In this document: positions 50,105 through 61,619 of the stretch, one piece after another
Position numbering within the stretch: position 1 is the stretch's first letter
Layout of the letters: each line of letters opens with the position of its first letter
Source of the DNA: Felis catus
Lineage: Eukaryota
Reading direction: 5' to 3'
DNA: 64,000 nucleotides
Assembly: GCF_018350175.1 (NCBI RefSeq)
Contig: NC_058368.1
Coordinates: forward strand, 87,670,001 to 87,734,000
Notes under the pieces: generated by a model
What the model saw: only the letters and a program-made list of their open reading frames with translations
Database searches by the model: none
What the model was told of the DNA's origin: nothing
Translations under genes and position numbers: made by a program

Positions 50105-53100
50105 GTAGGAGAACTCTCCCCGCCCTCCCATGAGCCATGTTAGGAGGGAGCCTGTGCATGGACAGGAACACAGTAGGGGGCTAAACTTGATCCAAGCAGT
50201 CCTTCCCTGGGGACCCTGGACAAGGGCATGGGGTGTTGTTGAAGAACCTGCGTGTGGGTGGGTGTCCCCTGGGCGTGGGCAGGGGAAGACACTGGGCACA
50301 GGCTGGGGGGGGGCGGGGCGGGGACCCTGTGCCCAGTGGGGGGGGGGGGATGGCCCATGGTCTCCTCTCACCTGGCCTAACCCATGCTTTCTGCTATGAC
50401 CTCATAAGGGAAAGCCGATTTCTCTGTCTCTGGTCCTGGCCAACGGGTCCTGGCTATGGTGGGGGAAAGTGTGAAGCTGCGATGCCATCTGTCCCTCAAT
50501 ATCAGTGTGAAGGACATGGAGGTGAGGTGGTACAGGGAGGAGCTGTCCCCAGCTGTGCACCTGCGCAAGAAAGGCAAAGATGTGCCAGAAGAGCAGATGT
50601 GGCAGTACGAGGGCAGGACGACCTTCCTGATGTCCGGGCTGGCCCAAGACCAAGCTGTTCTGACCATACACAATGTCACGGTGTTCGATAACGGGACCTT
50701 CCACTGCAAGTTCAAAGATGGCATGGCGTCTGCGGAGACCACCCTGTGGCTAAGGGTGGCAGGTAAGGGTCGCCACTAGGACCTCTGGTCTCCCCTAGCA
50801 CTTATCGTCCAGCTGCAGATCGTCTGATCATGGCCCAAGCCTGAACGCATCCCACGGCATGCACTAACACATATGCAGTGGCCTGGGCCTGTCCCACAGC
50901 TTGCGCTAACATGTTTGGGCCTGGCCTGAGTGCGTCCCACAGCGTGCTCTAATGTGTTTGTGTCGGTCTACACGTGTCCCACAAAATGCGATAATGCACT
51001 AGAACAAGCAGGTTCTGGGCGCCTGGCTCATTTTCTAAGTCGGCTTCTGTTACCCACACTGACCCCAGAAAGAAAGGAAAGGAGGTATGGAGAGAAGGAA
51101 AGAGGCAGAAAGAGATACAGAGAGAAACAGGAAAAGACACCAATTTTGCAATACAGGAAAGGTATTTGATCTTCCTGGGCCTTTTCTGTTTTGTTCTGTG
51201 GTTTCTCAGAAGAGGGTAGCATATATGGCATATAAATATTACACAGAGCAAGTAGTCTGAAAAACCCTGATACCTGCTGGAAATTTTCAGGATCTGTGCT
51301 TTTCTGTCAGAAATGGTAATGGTTGCAGAGGCTGCAAAGCCTGTCTCTTCCCACAGGGCTGGGCTCTGAGCCCAGAATCCAAGTGCGAGCTGGCCAGGAT
51401 GAAGGTATCAGGGCAGAGTGCACCTCGGAGGGCTGGTACCCAGAGCCCCAGGTGGAGTGGAGAGACTTCAGGGGACAGACCCTACCTTCCACGACCAACC
51501 TCACAGTGTCGCCAACAACGGGCCTCTTTGCGGTGGTGTCCAATGTGACTGTCTGGGACAGGGACGTGGGGAACCTCTCTTGCTCTCTCTCCAACCCCCT
51601 CCTCCAGGAGAGGATGGAGGCCAAGATCTGCCTACCTGGTGAGTGTTCTGCTCCATCCAGGCCTCAAGAGCTCTGAGCACCCCAGACAGTCAGTAGTTAA
51701 TATCCAATACTCCGCATAGTTCCTTGTGACGAGACCTTGTGAGATCTAGTCTCTGTCAGCTTCCAACTATACAACACAGTAGTTAACTATAGTTTCCATG
51801 CTGTATGTCACCTCCCTGGGTCTTATTTTAAACTGGAAGTTTGCACCTTTGACCCTCTTCACCCATTAGCTTCCCGATCTTTCACCTCTGGAAACCACCA
51901 ATCTGTTCTCTGCATCTATAAACTAGGCTTTCTGGTTTTCTGGAGGTTTGGATGGTGTTTTGTTTCATTTTAGATTTCACTTATCTGTGAGACTCTATAC
52001 ATTTTCCCCTGTCTAACTTCACTTAGCAAAGTGCCCTCAGGTGCATCCATATTGTAGAAAATGCCTGGATTTCCTTCTTGTTTATAGCTGAATAGCATCC
52101 CGTTGTACAAATACATATTTTTTTCTTTATCCTTTCATCCATTGGTGGACACTTGGGCTGTTTCCATATCTTGACTATTGTAAATAACACTGCAATAAAT
52201 GTAGGGGTGCATTATCTTTCTCAGTTAATATTTTTATTTTCTTTGGATTAATACCCAGGAGTGGATTGATGTGGTAGTTCTATTTTTATTTTGGGGGGGA
52301 ACGTCCATCATCTTCTCCACAGTGGCTGCACGGATAGCTCCTTTCGTATTGGCAGTAAACAGTATTCCCTTGTCTGGATGAACCACAGCCTGTTTATGCA
52401 TTCACATTCTGAAGGACACCTGGGGGCTTCCAAGTTTCACTCTGTATAAAATTTTCCTTCTAAACAACCTCAAGTTTCAGAAAATTTGCAGGAATGATAC
52501 ACAGAATGCAGACCCACTCAGTATGTAACCTTTTGCCATTTGTCTACCATCTCTCTCCTGTGTGTCCATGTCTGTCTGTACAAAGGCACACACATGTTTT
52601 CAGGTCATGTCAGGTTAGTTCACAAGCACCTGCCCCCTGACCCATGAACCCTGTGGCTTGTGTGCCCTAAGAACACAGGCGCTCTCTTACCTTGGCTTTC
52701 TCGCCTCCCCAGACCCTCTTTTAGCTCAGTTGTCCAGAAGTTTCCCATCAATGGCGTGGAGGACAGTGCTGCCTGTGATCCTCATTGTAGTGGGACTTGT
52801 AGCAACTGGAGCCACCTGTCTTTTCTGGAAACGTCAGAGGGACAGGGATAGGGTACAGCTGGAAGAAGAGAAACTGTACAGAGAAGAGGAGCAGCTGTCC
52901 CAAGGTAAGCAGGCCCCAGTGGGACAGACGTGCTCCTTCCAGCCAGGGCACTCGTGCAGAGCCCAGCATGAAGTCCCTCCTTTGTGTACCCTCAAGCACA
53001 GGAGGAATGGGAGAGACCTGCCCAGGCCCCAGCTCAGGGACTGCCCACCTACCATATGCCCAGTGAGATCCTCCATCACTAAGAGGTGCTTGGCTGCTCT

Positions 53101-56100
53101 TCACTGGGTGACTTGGGGAAGACTGGCGGGTCTCTGCTGTGGAGACAGATGTGAGCTTGAACCTGGGAAAGTCTATCAGTCGAGGGCGATGACAACATCC
53201 TGAAAATGCTCAAGCAACAAATACAGCAGCAAGCCTGTCACCTGAGAGGATCTTGTTGTGAGCGCGGGGATCATCATCAGTATGGATCATTCCACTCGCC
53301 TGTCTGCTCTCCTCCCTGCCTCCTGTGTCCTTGCTCATAGCTGTCAGGCCCCGATCTGGGGAACAGGTCAGAGATGTGTCTTTATGACAGACATGGGAAG
53401 GCTGGGCCATCAGGCTACGCCCCACAAAACCTTTCCCTAGGAATACAGTGACCTGGATTGTTTTTTGGGCACTGAAGAAGGGATATTTGCTCTTCCTTTA
53501 CAGGGTCCCTGCGAGAGCTCATTACATCCTGTTTTGACTTAGCTTCACAGAACATGAGCTTTCGCCCCATCTGGTCAGTGCAACCCTACAGTTTCACATC
53601 TTTCTGTTTCATTTCAGGCTGGCCAGAAGACGTCATCTATGGTGAGGACTATGTAAGGGCTGGAAGCGTCTGCTCCCTGAATGTTTGTTTATGTGTGCAC
53701 ACGTGTGTGTGCAGTGTGCATGTATGTGTGTATGTGTGAGTGCTGTGTGTGCATGGTATACATTTATGTGTTCACCTGTGTGCCATATGCACATTTGTTA
53801 GTGTGTGCACATGCACATGTGTGGTGCTTTGTGCACATAAGTACACATGTGTTCTCGTGTGTGCAGTGTGTGCATGTGTATTTATGTGTGCATGTGTATG
53901 CACATGCACTTGTGTCTGTGCATATATGTGCATGTGTGTGCACGCATGTGTTTGTATGTGCACGTGCACTTGTGGACACGTATTGCACACATGTGTGCAC
54001 ATGTACTTGTGTGTGTATGCATTGCACACATGTACTTGTGTGTGTGCCCACGTGCACATGTGTATTTGTGTGTGCACATGTACTCATGTGTGTGTGTATG
54101 CATGTGCATGTATGTGTGTGTTCTCCTTTCTATTCCAGGGTGCAGAAATGCTGTGCTAAATGCTGGTTCTATGGCTGTAAACACCAAGTTTTGCTGCCCT
54201 GAGAGACCTTAGCTCCTGTTTACTGCCTGAGGGACAGACAGGCTGCAGAGCGCGGGCAGCGAGAGAGCTAGCTCTTCCAAGGAACAGCCACTGTGGGGGA
54301 CACTGTTAGCACAGAGAGTGCAGAGCCAGTGCCTTTCTGCCCCAGGGCACCATATAGGTGGGAAGCATGGGGGGAGAGTCTGGCTGTGGAGAGGGACCCC
54401 CAAGGACAGGAGGGGCAGTACTGCGAGCCACGAGCTGGGCAGATGAAAGCAGGAAGGGGATCTGGGAACACCTGTCCCACCACAGCCACATGGTGAGGGC
54501 CCAGGAAGAGACAGACAGAAGCCAGTCTCCATTCATTCATGCAGTTACAACCATGACCAGATATCTTCTGTGCAAGCAACTGGCCTCCATTAGTTAATGT
54601 ACAGCTTCCTCCTGTCCTCATGGAGCATAGAGTCTATATGGGGATGTGAGCCACAAGTCAGCATTTGTTTTTTTAATTATTAAATCTGGAATAACTGTGA
54701 TAGGAAAGAGCCAGAATACTAGGAGGATGGCCAGGAGCATGTTCAAGTGGGATGTCCAGACCCCTGGGAATGGTGGGGTGATGGGGTGGGTGATGGCAAG
54801 ACCACAGCTATACGAGGAGGGGAGAACTCGCCCCTGTGGCAGGGAGAGTGGGGTCTGTGATGTGTGACAGCTTGGCATGTGGAAGAGGTACCAACAGGGC
54901 AGGAAGGCTTGTGTGTGTCCCTGCAGAGCCTGGGAGGCTGAGGTAGAGGCCTGGACTTTACATGAAGCACCGTGCAATGTGAGTGAGAACCTGTAAGCAG
55001 GGGAGCAGCACTGATGGAGGAGAGGATACAGCCCCGAGATGGGTCCTGGGGCCACAAGTAGCACAGTCCAGAAGGGGCAAGGCAGAGGGAGCAGCCCAAG
55101 GTGACCCCCAGCTGCATAAGTCTCTGGCCCTTCGGGCTCCATCTAACAGAAGGTTTGGGGCAGATTTGGGCCAAATAAGTGAAAATCACCATGGACCTCC
55201 TAAGACTGAGCTGTTCTCACACATCCTGCTAAGGACGTCAGATGAATCATTGGATATGCGAGTCTGGAACTCTCAGGAGAAATCGGGACTAGAGACAGGA
55301 ATTGGGGTCCATGGCAAATATCTGGTATAACTGAACGCGTGAGTGCTACATTTTTTGCTACACCTAAAATTATTCTTTAAAAATTTCTCTTTGGAAAAGA
55401 ATTAAGATTTTTTAAAAAGGGAAGATACAGGGAAACAAGAAAGATCCAAGATCTAGCGTTGGAGAACCCTGGTATTTGAAGGTTAGAGCAGTGGTTGTGG
55501 GAGGGCCAAGGGAGACTTCACCATGGAAATGTGCAGGTGCAGTGTGTTGAAGGAGCATCAACTTTCGTGCACCTGAGAAGTAGAGTCAGGTCAACCCGGG
55601 AAAATGGCCCAGAAAAACTGGCAAGCATGGTACAAAGAGAGGCGTCTCCTGTGGAGAGAACTGGGAGGGAGGTCTCAAATTTATTGCCTGTGTAGTTGAG
55701 CTAAGACTTGGTGAGTGGGGAATGGGAAGGTTCTGTTTGTGTTTGCTGTGGTTTTACTTTGAGGTCCGTGGCAGGAGAGCATGCCTGTTGCCTAAAAGGA
55801 ACCATGTGGTGTGAAGATGCCTGAAGCCTGAAGGGAGGAAGAAAACCAGTAAGAGAATGATGATGCAGAGAAGATAGTCAGCAGCTGTGGATGGGATGGA
55901 CCACAGGTCTACACTGTGGCCAGGTGGGGGGTGGTGTGCAAGGGTCCAGCACATACGTGATGGACAGCACAGGAGAAGATTCACAGCCAGGTGTGGGTGG
56001 TGTGCAAGAGGAATCAGTGTACACAGGACACAGACTGAGATCCAGGGACAGGTGTGGGTGGTGTTCAAGAGAAGCCAGTGTACCAGGACACAGGATGAGC

Positions 56101-58957
56101 TCCAGGGACAGGTGTCAGTGTGTGCAAGAGGAGTCAGTGCACAAGGACACAGGATGAGCCCCAGGGACAGGTGCGGGTGGTGTGCAAGAGGAGTCAGCGC
56201 AGAAGGACACAGGATGAGCCCCAGATACAGGTATGGGTGGTGTGCAAGAGGAATCAGTGGACAAGGACACAGGATGAGCTCTAGGGACAGGTATGGGTGT
56301 GTACAAGAGGAGTTAGCACACAAGGACACAGGCAGTGCTCCAGGGACAGGTGTGGGTGGTGTACAAGAGGAATCAGTGGACAAGGACACAGGGTGAGCTC
56401 CAGGGACAGGTGTGAGTGTGTACAAGAGGAGTTAACACACAAGGACACAGGCAGTGCTCCAGGGACAGGTGTGGGTGGTGTGCAAGAGGAGTCAGCACAC
56501 AGAACACAGGATGAGTTCCAGGGACAGGTGTGGGTGGTGTGCCAAAGGAATCAGTTCAGAAGGACACAGGATGAGCCCCAGGGACAGGTGTGGGTGGTGT
56601 ACAAGAGGAGTCAGCACACAAGGACACAGGATGAGCTCCAGGGACAGGTGTGGGTGTGTACAAGAGGAGTCAGCACACAAGGACACAGGATGAGCTCCAG
56701 TGACAGGTGTGGGTGACAGGTGTGCAAGAGGAATCAGTGCCCAAGGGCACAGGTGGTTCTCCACAGTCAGGTGTGCTGTGGTGTGCAAGAAGTCACTATA
56801 GAATATTTTTGTATCAATGTCAATTGTATGGTTTTGATCCTATTACTGTGGGTTATATGAGATGCTATCATGGGCATATTGTGTATGGTATTTTGCAACC
56901 TCTTTGTAAGTCTCAAACTGTTTTTTGACATGAATATTTTTTAATTATGAGGGAATTTGGAATAGAAGGAGCCGGGCCCATTGTTCAGCTAGTGAGTCCA
57001 TGTTTGGCCATCATAGATATGAACATGGGTGGGCTCAATCTGCATGGCCCAGACTCTACAGGGAAAGGGTTTGCATGGAGCAGAGGGAGAAGACTTCAGG
57101 AAGCAGCAATGAGAAATCGGGGAGAACATTTAGTCTTTGCTGGAAAGTGAAAGGGAGCAGGGTTCCTTCCAGAAGGAAGTAGAGACCGGGGAGAAAGTTG
57201 TGGTTCTGTTAGGAGGAGAGCGTGTGTGCTGTCCAGCTGACAGGGATGGATGGTCAGGAAACATGAGTGTCTGCGGCATCGTATGCAGACCCCAGCAACC
57301 AGCAGCATGCCTACTGAATGGGCAAGGGTGGACACCAGCCAGGAGGTTTCTGTTGTCGTGAAGGTGCCTGCACAGGCAGCTGGGGCTCCCAGCTGATCCC
57401 CACCTTCCCTGCCTCTCAGGTGTAGACAGACCCTCCCCCAGGTGACATGATGAGGGCCTGAGGGCTCTGAGAAGGATGGTGGGACAGGAGAGAAGGGATC
57501 TGTTTTGGAAGGTGTTCATCTCAGTTTGTGAGGCTGCTAAGGTGTCTCTCAGGGTTTTCCAGATGGGATCTTCCCTTCAGTGGTTGACCCCAGAGCTGTC
57601 CAATGGCATCAATGCACCTGTGACCTCATCTCATGTCACCCTGTCTCTTCACGTGTCCTCCTATGTCTTTCTCTCTATCTCTGTCTCCCTGTGTCTTTCT
57701 CTGTGTCTCTCTTCCTCTGTCTCTGTCTGTGTCCATACCTTTCTCAATCTCCCTCTATCTCTCTTCCTGTGTCTCCCTATGTGTATCTCTCCTTGTTCTC
57801 CTTGTCTCTCTGTCTCTGTCTCTCTCTTTCCTTGCCTCTCTCTGTCTCTGTCTCTCTATCTCTCTCTCTATGTCTACCTGTGTCTGTCTGTCCCTGTCTC
57901 TGTCTCTCACGTGCACGCCCACATAGCCCCCCCACACACAAGTGCATATGCACACACACATGCACATCCACATCCATCCTGACACACGGGGCCCTGGGAG
58001 CAATGCCTATCTCACAGTGTGCCCCCCTGTCCCCTCATAGGAATCCCCCCTGGCTCTCCCTGGCTCCCCCTGGAGCCGCCTCTGCTGCCTTGGGATGGCC
58101 TGTTTGCACAGGATCCTGGACAGAGAAAGGGACTCACAGGGAGCCGCCTCCGCTGCTCTGGGATGGCCTGTGTGCACAGGGTCCTGGACAGAGAACGGGG
58201 ACGCACAGGGATTCCCAGGGAGACATGGTTCCACCTCCATTCAGGAGCACAGGTTGGGGACCCCAACCCCTAAACCTGATCCTCTCCTCTTCCCGCAGTG
58301 AGCCCATCCCTGGACCCTGACACTGCAAGCCCCAAGCTCGCTCTCTCTGAGGACAGGAAGACTGTGAGGCGGCTGTTCTTTGAACAAGAGCTGCCCAACG
58401 CCCCCAGCAGATTCGACCGGGACCCCTGTGTGCTGGGCCTGGAGCAGTTCTCAGCTGGGAGGTATTACTGGGAGGTCCAGGTGGGGCACAGGAAGGCCTG
58501 GAACCTGGGCGTGTGTCTGGAGAGCTTGGATCGGAAGGGAAGGATCCCCAAGTCCCCTCAGCACGGACTCTGGGCCCTGGAGCTGTACAAGGAGGGGTTC
58601 TGGGCACTTGCCTTCCCAAGAGTTCGCCTGCACCTTTCGGAGCCCCTGCATCGTGTGGGCGTTTTCCTGGACTGTGATGCAGGCAGAATCTCCTTCTACA
58701 GCGTGAGCAATGGATCCCTCATCTACGCGTTCTCTGGACTGTCCTTCTCGGCACCCCTGAGGCCATTCTTCTGCCTCTGGACACATGACCCCAGCCCCCT
58801 GACCATCTGCTCAGAACGGCAGCCCCCAGAGGCCTTGGGGCCTCCTCAGGGTGAGGGACAGGACAGGTGGGAACCCTCCTCCAGCAAGACCCATGATCTC
58901 TCTGCTCCAGCCTGTCACCAATTTGGGGGAGATGTATCCATTCTAAGTCCCAGCTAG
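50011..58957 (+). CDS. BTNL10: Butyrophilin-like protein copy B (BTNL10-like), intact; 7 coding exons, 1620 nt, 539 aa: signal-IgV-IgC-TM-juxtamembrane-B30.2
   Basis: join(50011-50104,50409-50762,51357-51638,52725-52904,53618-53641,54139-54165,58299-58957). All introns GT-AG and phase 1; frame open. Motifs KADF, WQY.GRTTF, EPRIQV, DFRGQ and FWKRQR match human BTNL10 as I recall it. Confidence 0.9.
50409..50762 (+). CDS. BTNL10: Copy B IgV exon
   Basis: GKADFSVSGPGQRVLAMVGESVKLRCHL...DNGTFHCKF...LWLRVA; donor gtaagg. Confidence 0.94.
51357..51638 (+). CDS. BTNL10: Copy B IgC exon
   Basis: GLGSEPRIQV...CTSEGWYPEPQVEW...LSCSLSNPLL; acceptor cccacag, donor gtgagt. Confidence 0.94.
52725..52904 (+). 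CDS. BTNL10: Copy B transmembrane exon
   Basis: AWRTVLPVILIVVGLVATGATCLFWKRQRDRDRVQLEEEKLYREEEQLSQ; donor gtaagc. Confidence 0.92.
53618..53641 (+). CDS. BTNL10: Copy B 24-nt micro-exon (GWPEDVIY)
   Basis: tttctgtttcatttcag acceptor, gtgagg donor, phase 1-1; present in copy A at 12754-12777. Confidence 0.65.
53680..54120. repeat. Degenerate (TG/CA)n tract between the micro-exons of copy B
   Basis: Directly visible. Confidence 0.9.
54139..54165 (+). CDS. BTNL10: Copy B 27-nt pre-B30.2 micro-exon (GCRNAVLNA)
   Basis: Acceptor tattccag, weak gttcta donor; a 27-nt phase 1-1 exon is typical of BTN genes; present in copy A at 12326-12352. Confidence 0.7.
55985..56790. repeat. ~60-bp minisatellite, ~13 units, in the last intron of copy B
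   Basis: Unit caggtgtgggtggtgtgcaagaggagtcagcacacaaggacacaggatgagctccaggga. Confidence 0.93.
57640..57910. repeat. CT-rich low-complexity tract
   Basis: Directly visible. Confidence 0.85.
58299..58957 (+). CDS. BTNL10: Copy B B30.2/PRYSPRY exon plus C-terminal tail
   Basis: LDPDTA, RFDRDPCVLG, GRYYWEV, WNLGVC, RVGVFLD, ISFY and LRPFF motifs; acceptor tcccgcag; TAG at 58955-58957. Confidence 0.95.
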
Positions 58958-59035
58958 ATCACATACAAGGGTGCACCTTTCTGGATGATCCTGTGTTATC
59001 TCCACTTTCCTTCCCTGTAAAATACTGACAAAATA

Positions 59036-59425
59036 TTATGGGCTGAATCATGTCCCCTCCAGTTCACATGTTGAAGCTCCAACCCCCAGGGCCTCAGAAT
59101 GGGGCTATATTTGGAGATGGGGTCTTTACAGAGGTGGTTCAGGTAAAAGGAAGTCACTAGGGTAGGCCCTGATCCCATCTGATCCCATGTGACTGGGGTC
59201 CTTAATAGAAGAGGGGATCAGGGCATAGACACACACAGGGGACAACCGTGTAAGGACATGGGGAGGAGATGGCATGTGCATGCCAGGGAGAGAGGCCTCA
59301 GGAGGAACCAGCCCTGCCACACCTGGATCTCATGCTTCCAGTTCCCAGGACTGGGAAAAAATAAATGTGTTGTTTAAACCTCTCAGTCTGTGGTATTTGT
59401 TACAGAGACCAAGCTGACTGTTACA
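59036..59425 (+). mobile_element. MaLR (MLT1-like) solo LTR just 3' of the copy B stop; contains AATAAA at 59360-59365
   Basis: tatgggctgaatcatgtccc...tatttggagatggggtcttta...ataaatgtgttgtttaaacc...tctgtggtatttgttacag. Confidence 0.82.
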
Positions 59426-60641
59426 CCATATCATTACATGCTGTGGGGTGATCTTCTGAAATGAATTTGGGGCATATGTTTAATGTTGAGCCTAGTGCCA
59501 GACATGATGTAGTTGCTCCGTAAATGCAACTACTGGTCTACCTTGGATACCTCTGTCTTCCCACCTCACCATGGCAGGTCGGTGCAGACAGAGCTACATT
59601 GAGGCCAAGCCAAAGATTCCAGGGCTCCCTGAGGTTGGTCAGGGTTGAATCAGGGCATGTGGGCAGAGAGAGTAGCCTAGACACAAGTGTGGATGTAGAA
59701 TCAAACAAGGCATGAGCATGGAGGGAAGATGAGACTCAAACCACTGCCAGAAGCTGCTTCCACCCTACTTACGGGTATGATGATCGAGGGAAGCTGGAAG
59801 GAGCCCGGGAGCTCCTGGAGAGAGCGCTCAGGCCTCCCCAGTGAGGCTGGTCCCCTGAGTGCTAGGAGAGGCCAATGGGGGCATGAGCAGGATTGGGATG
59901 GTCCATCATGTGCCTCCCCTGGCTGCAGCTGCCAGATCTGATGTAGAGTGAAGGCTTGCCCCCCAGACATGGAAGGGGTCTTTCTCCCAAGGAGGGTCCC
60001 TGGGCTGTGACCCCATGTGACCTTGAGGGTAACTCAACACTCACTCTGTGCACATTCTGTTGGTTAGTGTGTGTGCTCACACCCAGACATGAAAGAGAGA
60101 TTCTACCTTAAGCAAGTTGTGTGCATTTGCACATAACATGGGAATGTCTCATTTCATCCCAATGCCCCCCACCCCAGAGGGCTGTGTTGCTGCTCCCTAG
60201 AGATGGGGGCCCAGGATGTGCACAGTAAGGGCCCCATGGTGGCCATGATGCACCTGCATCCACTGCTGTACTGGGAATGCCCTCCAATTTCTCCCAAGCC
60301 TACCCGTGGTCCCATGATGCCCTTCTGCCATGGGGCACAGGCCTCCCAGTGCCCACCTACAGGGCTCATGGGGGCAGAAGGGTGCCCTACAGAGGGGTCA
60401 CAAAGTGGAGAGGCAGCTGTGGGGGTCCACGTGGGCCTCCAGCTCCTCCTGGGTTCAAAGGGCATCAGGCAGTCACAGGTCAACATCATAATGTAGGGAC
60501 AACATGGGTCATGGTGAAGGATGCACTTGTGTTGGAAAAGAAGAAGGAAGGAAGAAAACTTGGGGAAACTTGGAGCAGATGTCTGCAGAGCAGATGTCCA
60601 GGCAAACACTTGCAGCTCCTGAGAAACTGCAGTGAGTTCAG

Positions 60642-61010
60642 TTGTAGCCCCCAGAGGATTTGCCCACCCAGGACCTCAGAATGTGGCCTCATGTGAAAAC
60701 GGGGTCTTTGCAAAGGTGATAAGGTGGGGGATGGATCTTGAGGTGAGAGCATCCTGGATCAGGGAGGATCTTTATGAGACAAGGGAGGGGGTTTGAGACA
60801 GCCATGTGGTGATGGAGGCCACAAACCCACAACGCCTGGGAGCTCGGCAGCTGGGAGAGGCAGAAGGGACCCTCCTGAGCCTTCAGAGGGAGCACAACCC
60901 TGTAACATCTTGACTTCAGACTCCTGGCCTCCACAGCCCTGAGAAAACGCATCTCTGTCATTATAAACCACTGGTTTAAGGTAGTCTCAGGGCAGCCAGA
61001 GAGGCTAATA
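60642..61010 (+). mobile_element. MaLR (MLT1-like) LTR
   Basis: ggacctcagaatgtggcc, tcttgacttcagactcctggcctccacag motifs. Confidence 0.7.
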
Positions 61011-61204
61011 CTTATACCTTTGAGCCCAAATTATGCAGGAGGAATGGGACCTGTCCACAGCAGGGACTGTCCTTTGAGCACAAGACACACAGAGTGGAAC
61101 CCAGGTTCCTGCTAGCCTGAGAAGGTTTTTTGAAGCTGTTCCCTTTCCAAATAAAGTCATTGTGGTGGTTTCTCCTATGTCCACTAGATGGGGCCCTGGA
61201 GTGA

Positions 61205-61475
61205 GCATGATTCTGGGTGTGTCCATGAGGTGGTTCTGCATGACATTCACAGCGAATCTGCAGACTGAGAGAAGATGGCACTCCCTAATGTGGGTGGGCC
61301 TGATCCAATCAGGCTGACTACCCAAAGAGGGCGTTCTGAAGAGGACATCAGCTTCCTTCCTCCCCTTGGATATGAACAGACACACGACAGATCCACTCTT
61401 CTGGGTCTCCAGCCAGCAGACACCCTGTAAACCTTGGGATTTTCCAGCTTCCATAATCATGTGCACCATTCTTTA
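61205..61475 (+). mobile_element. ERVL-type (MLT2-like) LTR fragment
   Basis: ttctgggtgtgtccatgagg, gtgggtgggcctgatccaatc, cagcttccataatcatgtg. Confidence 0.6.
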
Positions 61476-61494
61476 AAAATGTATAAGGAATTTT

Positions 61495-61600
61495 GGGAGC
61501 GCCTGGGTGGCTCAGTCTGTTAGCATCCAACTTTTGATCTCAGGGATGTGAGTTAGAGCTTTGTGTTGGGCTTTCCACGGGGAATGGAGCCTGCTTTTAA
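61495..61600 (+). mobile_element. Short/old CAN-SINE
   Basis: gggagcgcctgggtggctcagtc head. Confidence 0.75.
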
Positions 61601-61619
61601 AAAAACAAAATGCTTAAGG

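Larger units (their letters stand above)
44860..59770. repeat. Right arm of inverted segmental duplication (pairs with 10358-20930); includes ~3.7 kb absent from the left arm
   Basis: Reverse-complement homology to the left arm except ~54373-58099. Confidence 0.97.

Noticed and set aside
53501..53530. Possible extra heptad micro-exon (tttacag|ggtccctgcgagagctc...)
   Set aside because: Good acceptor but no convincing GT donor at a frame-preserving distance in either copy; left out of the gene model.
55985..56790. Regular ~60-bp array resembling a CRISPR array or repeat-protein ORF
   Set aside because: No unique spacers, no cas genes, mammalian intron; an ordinary minisatellite.
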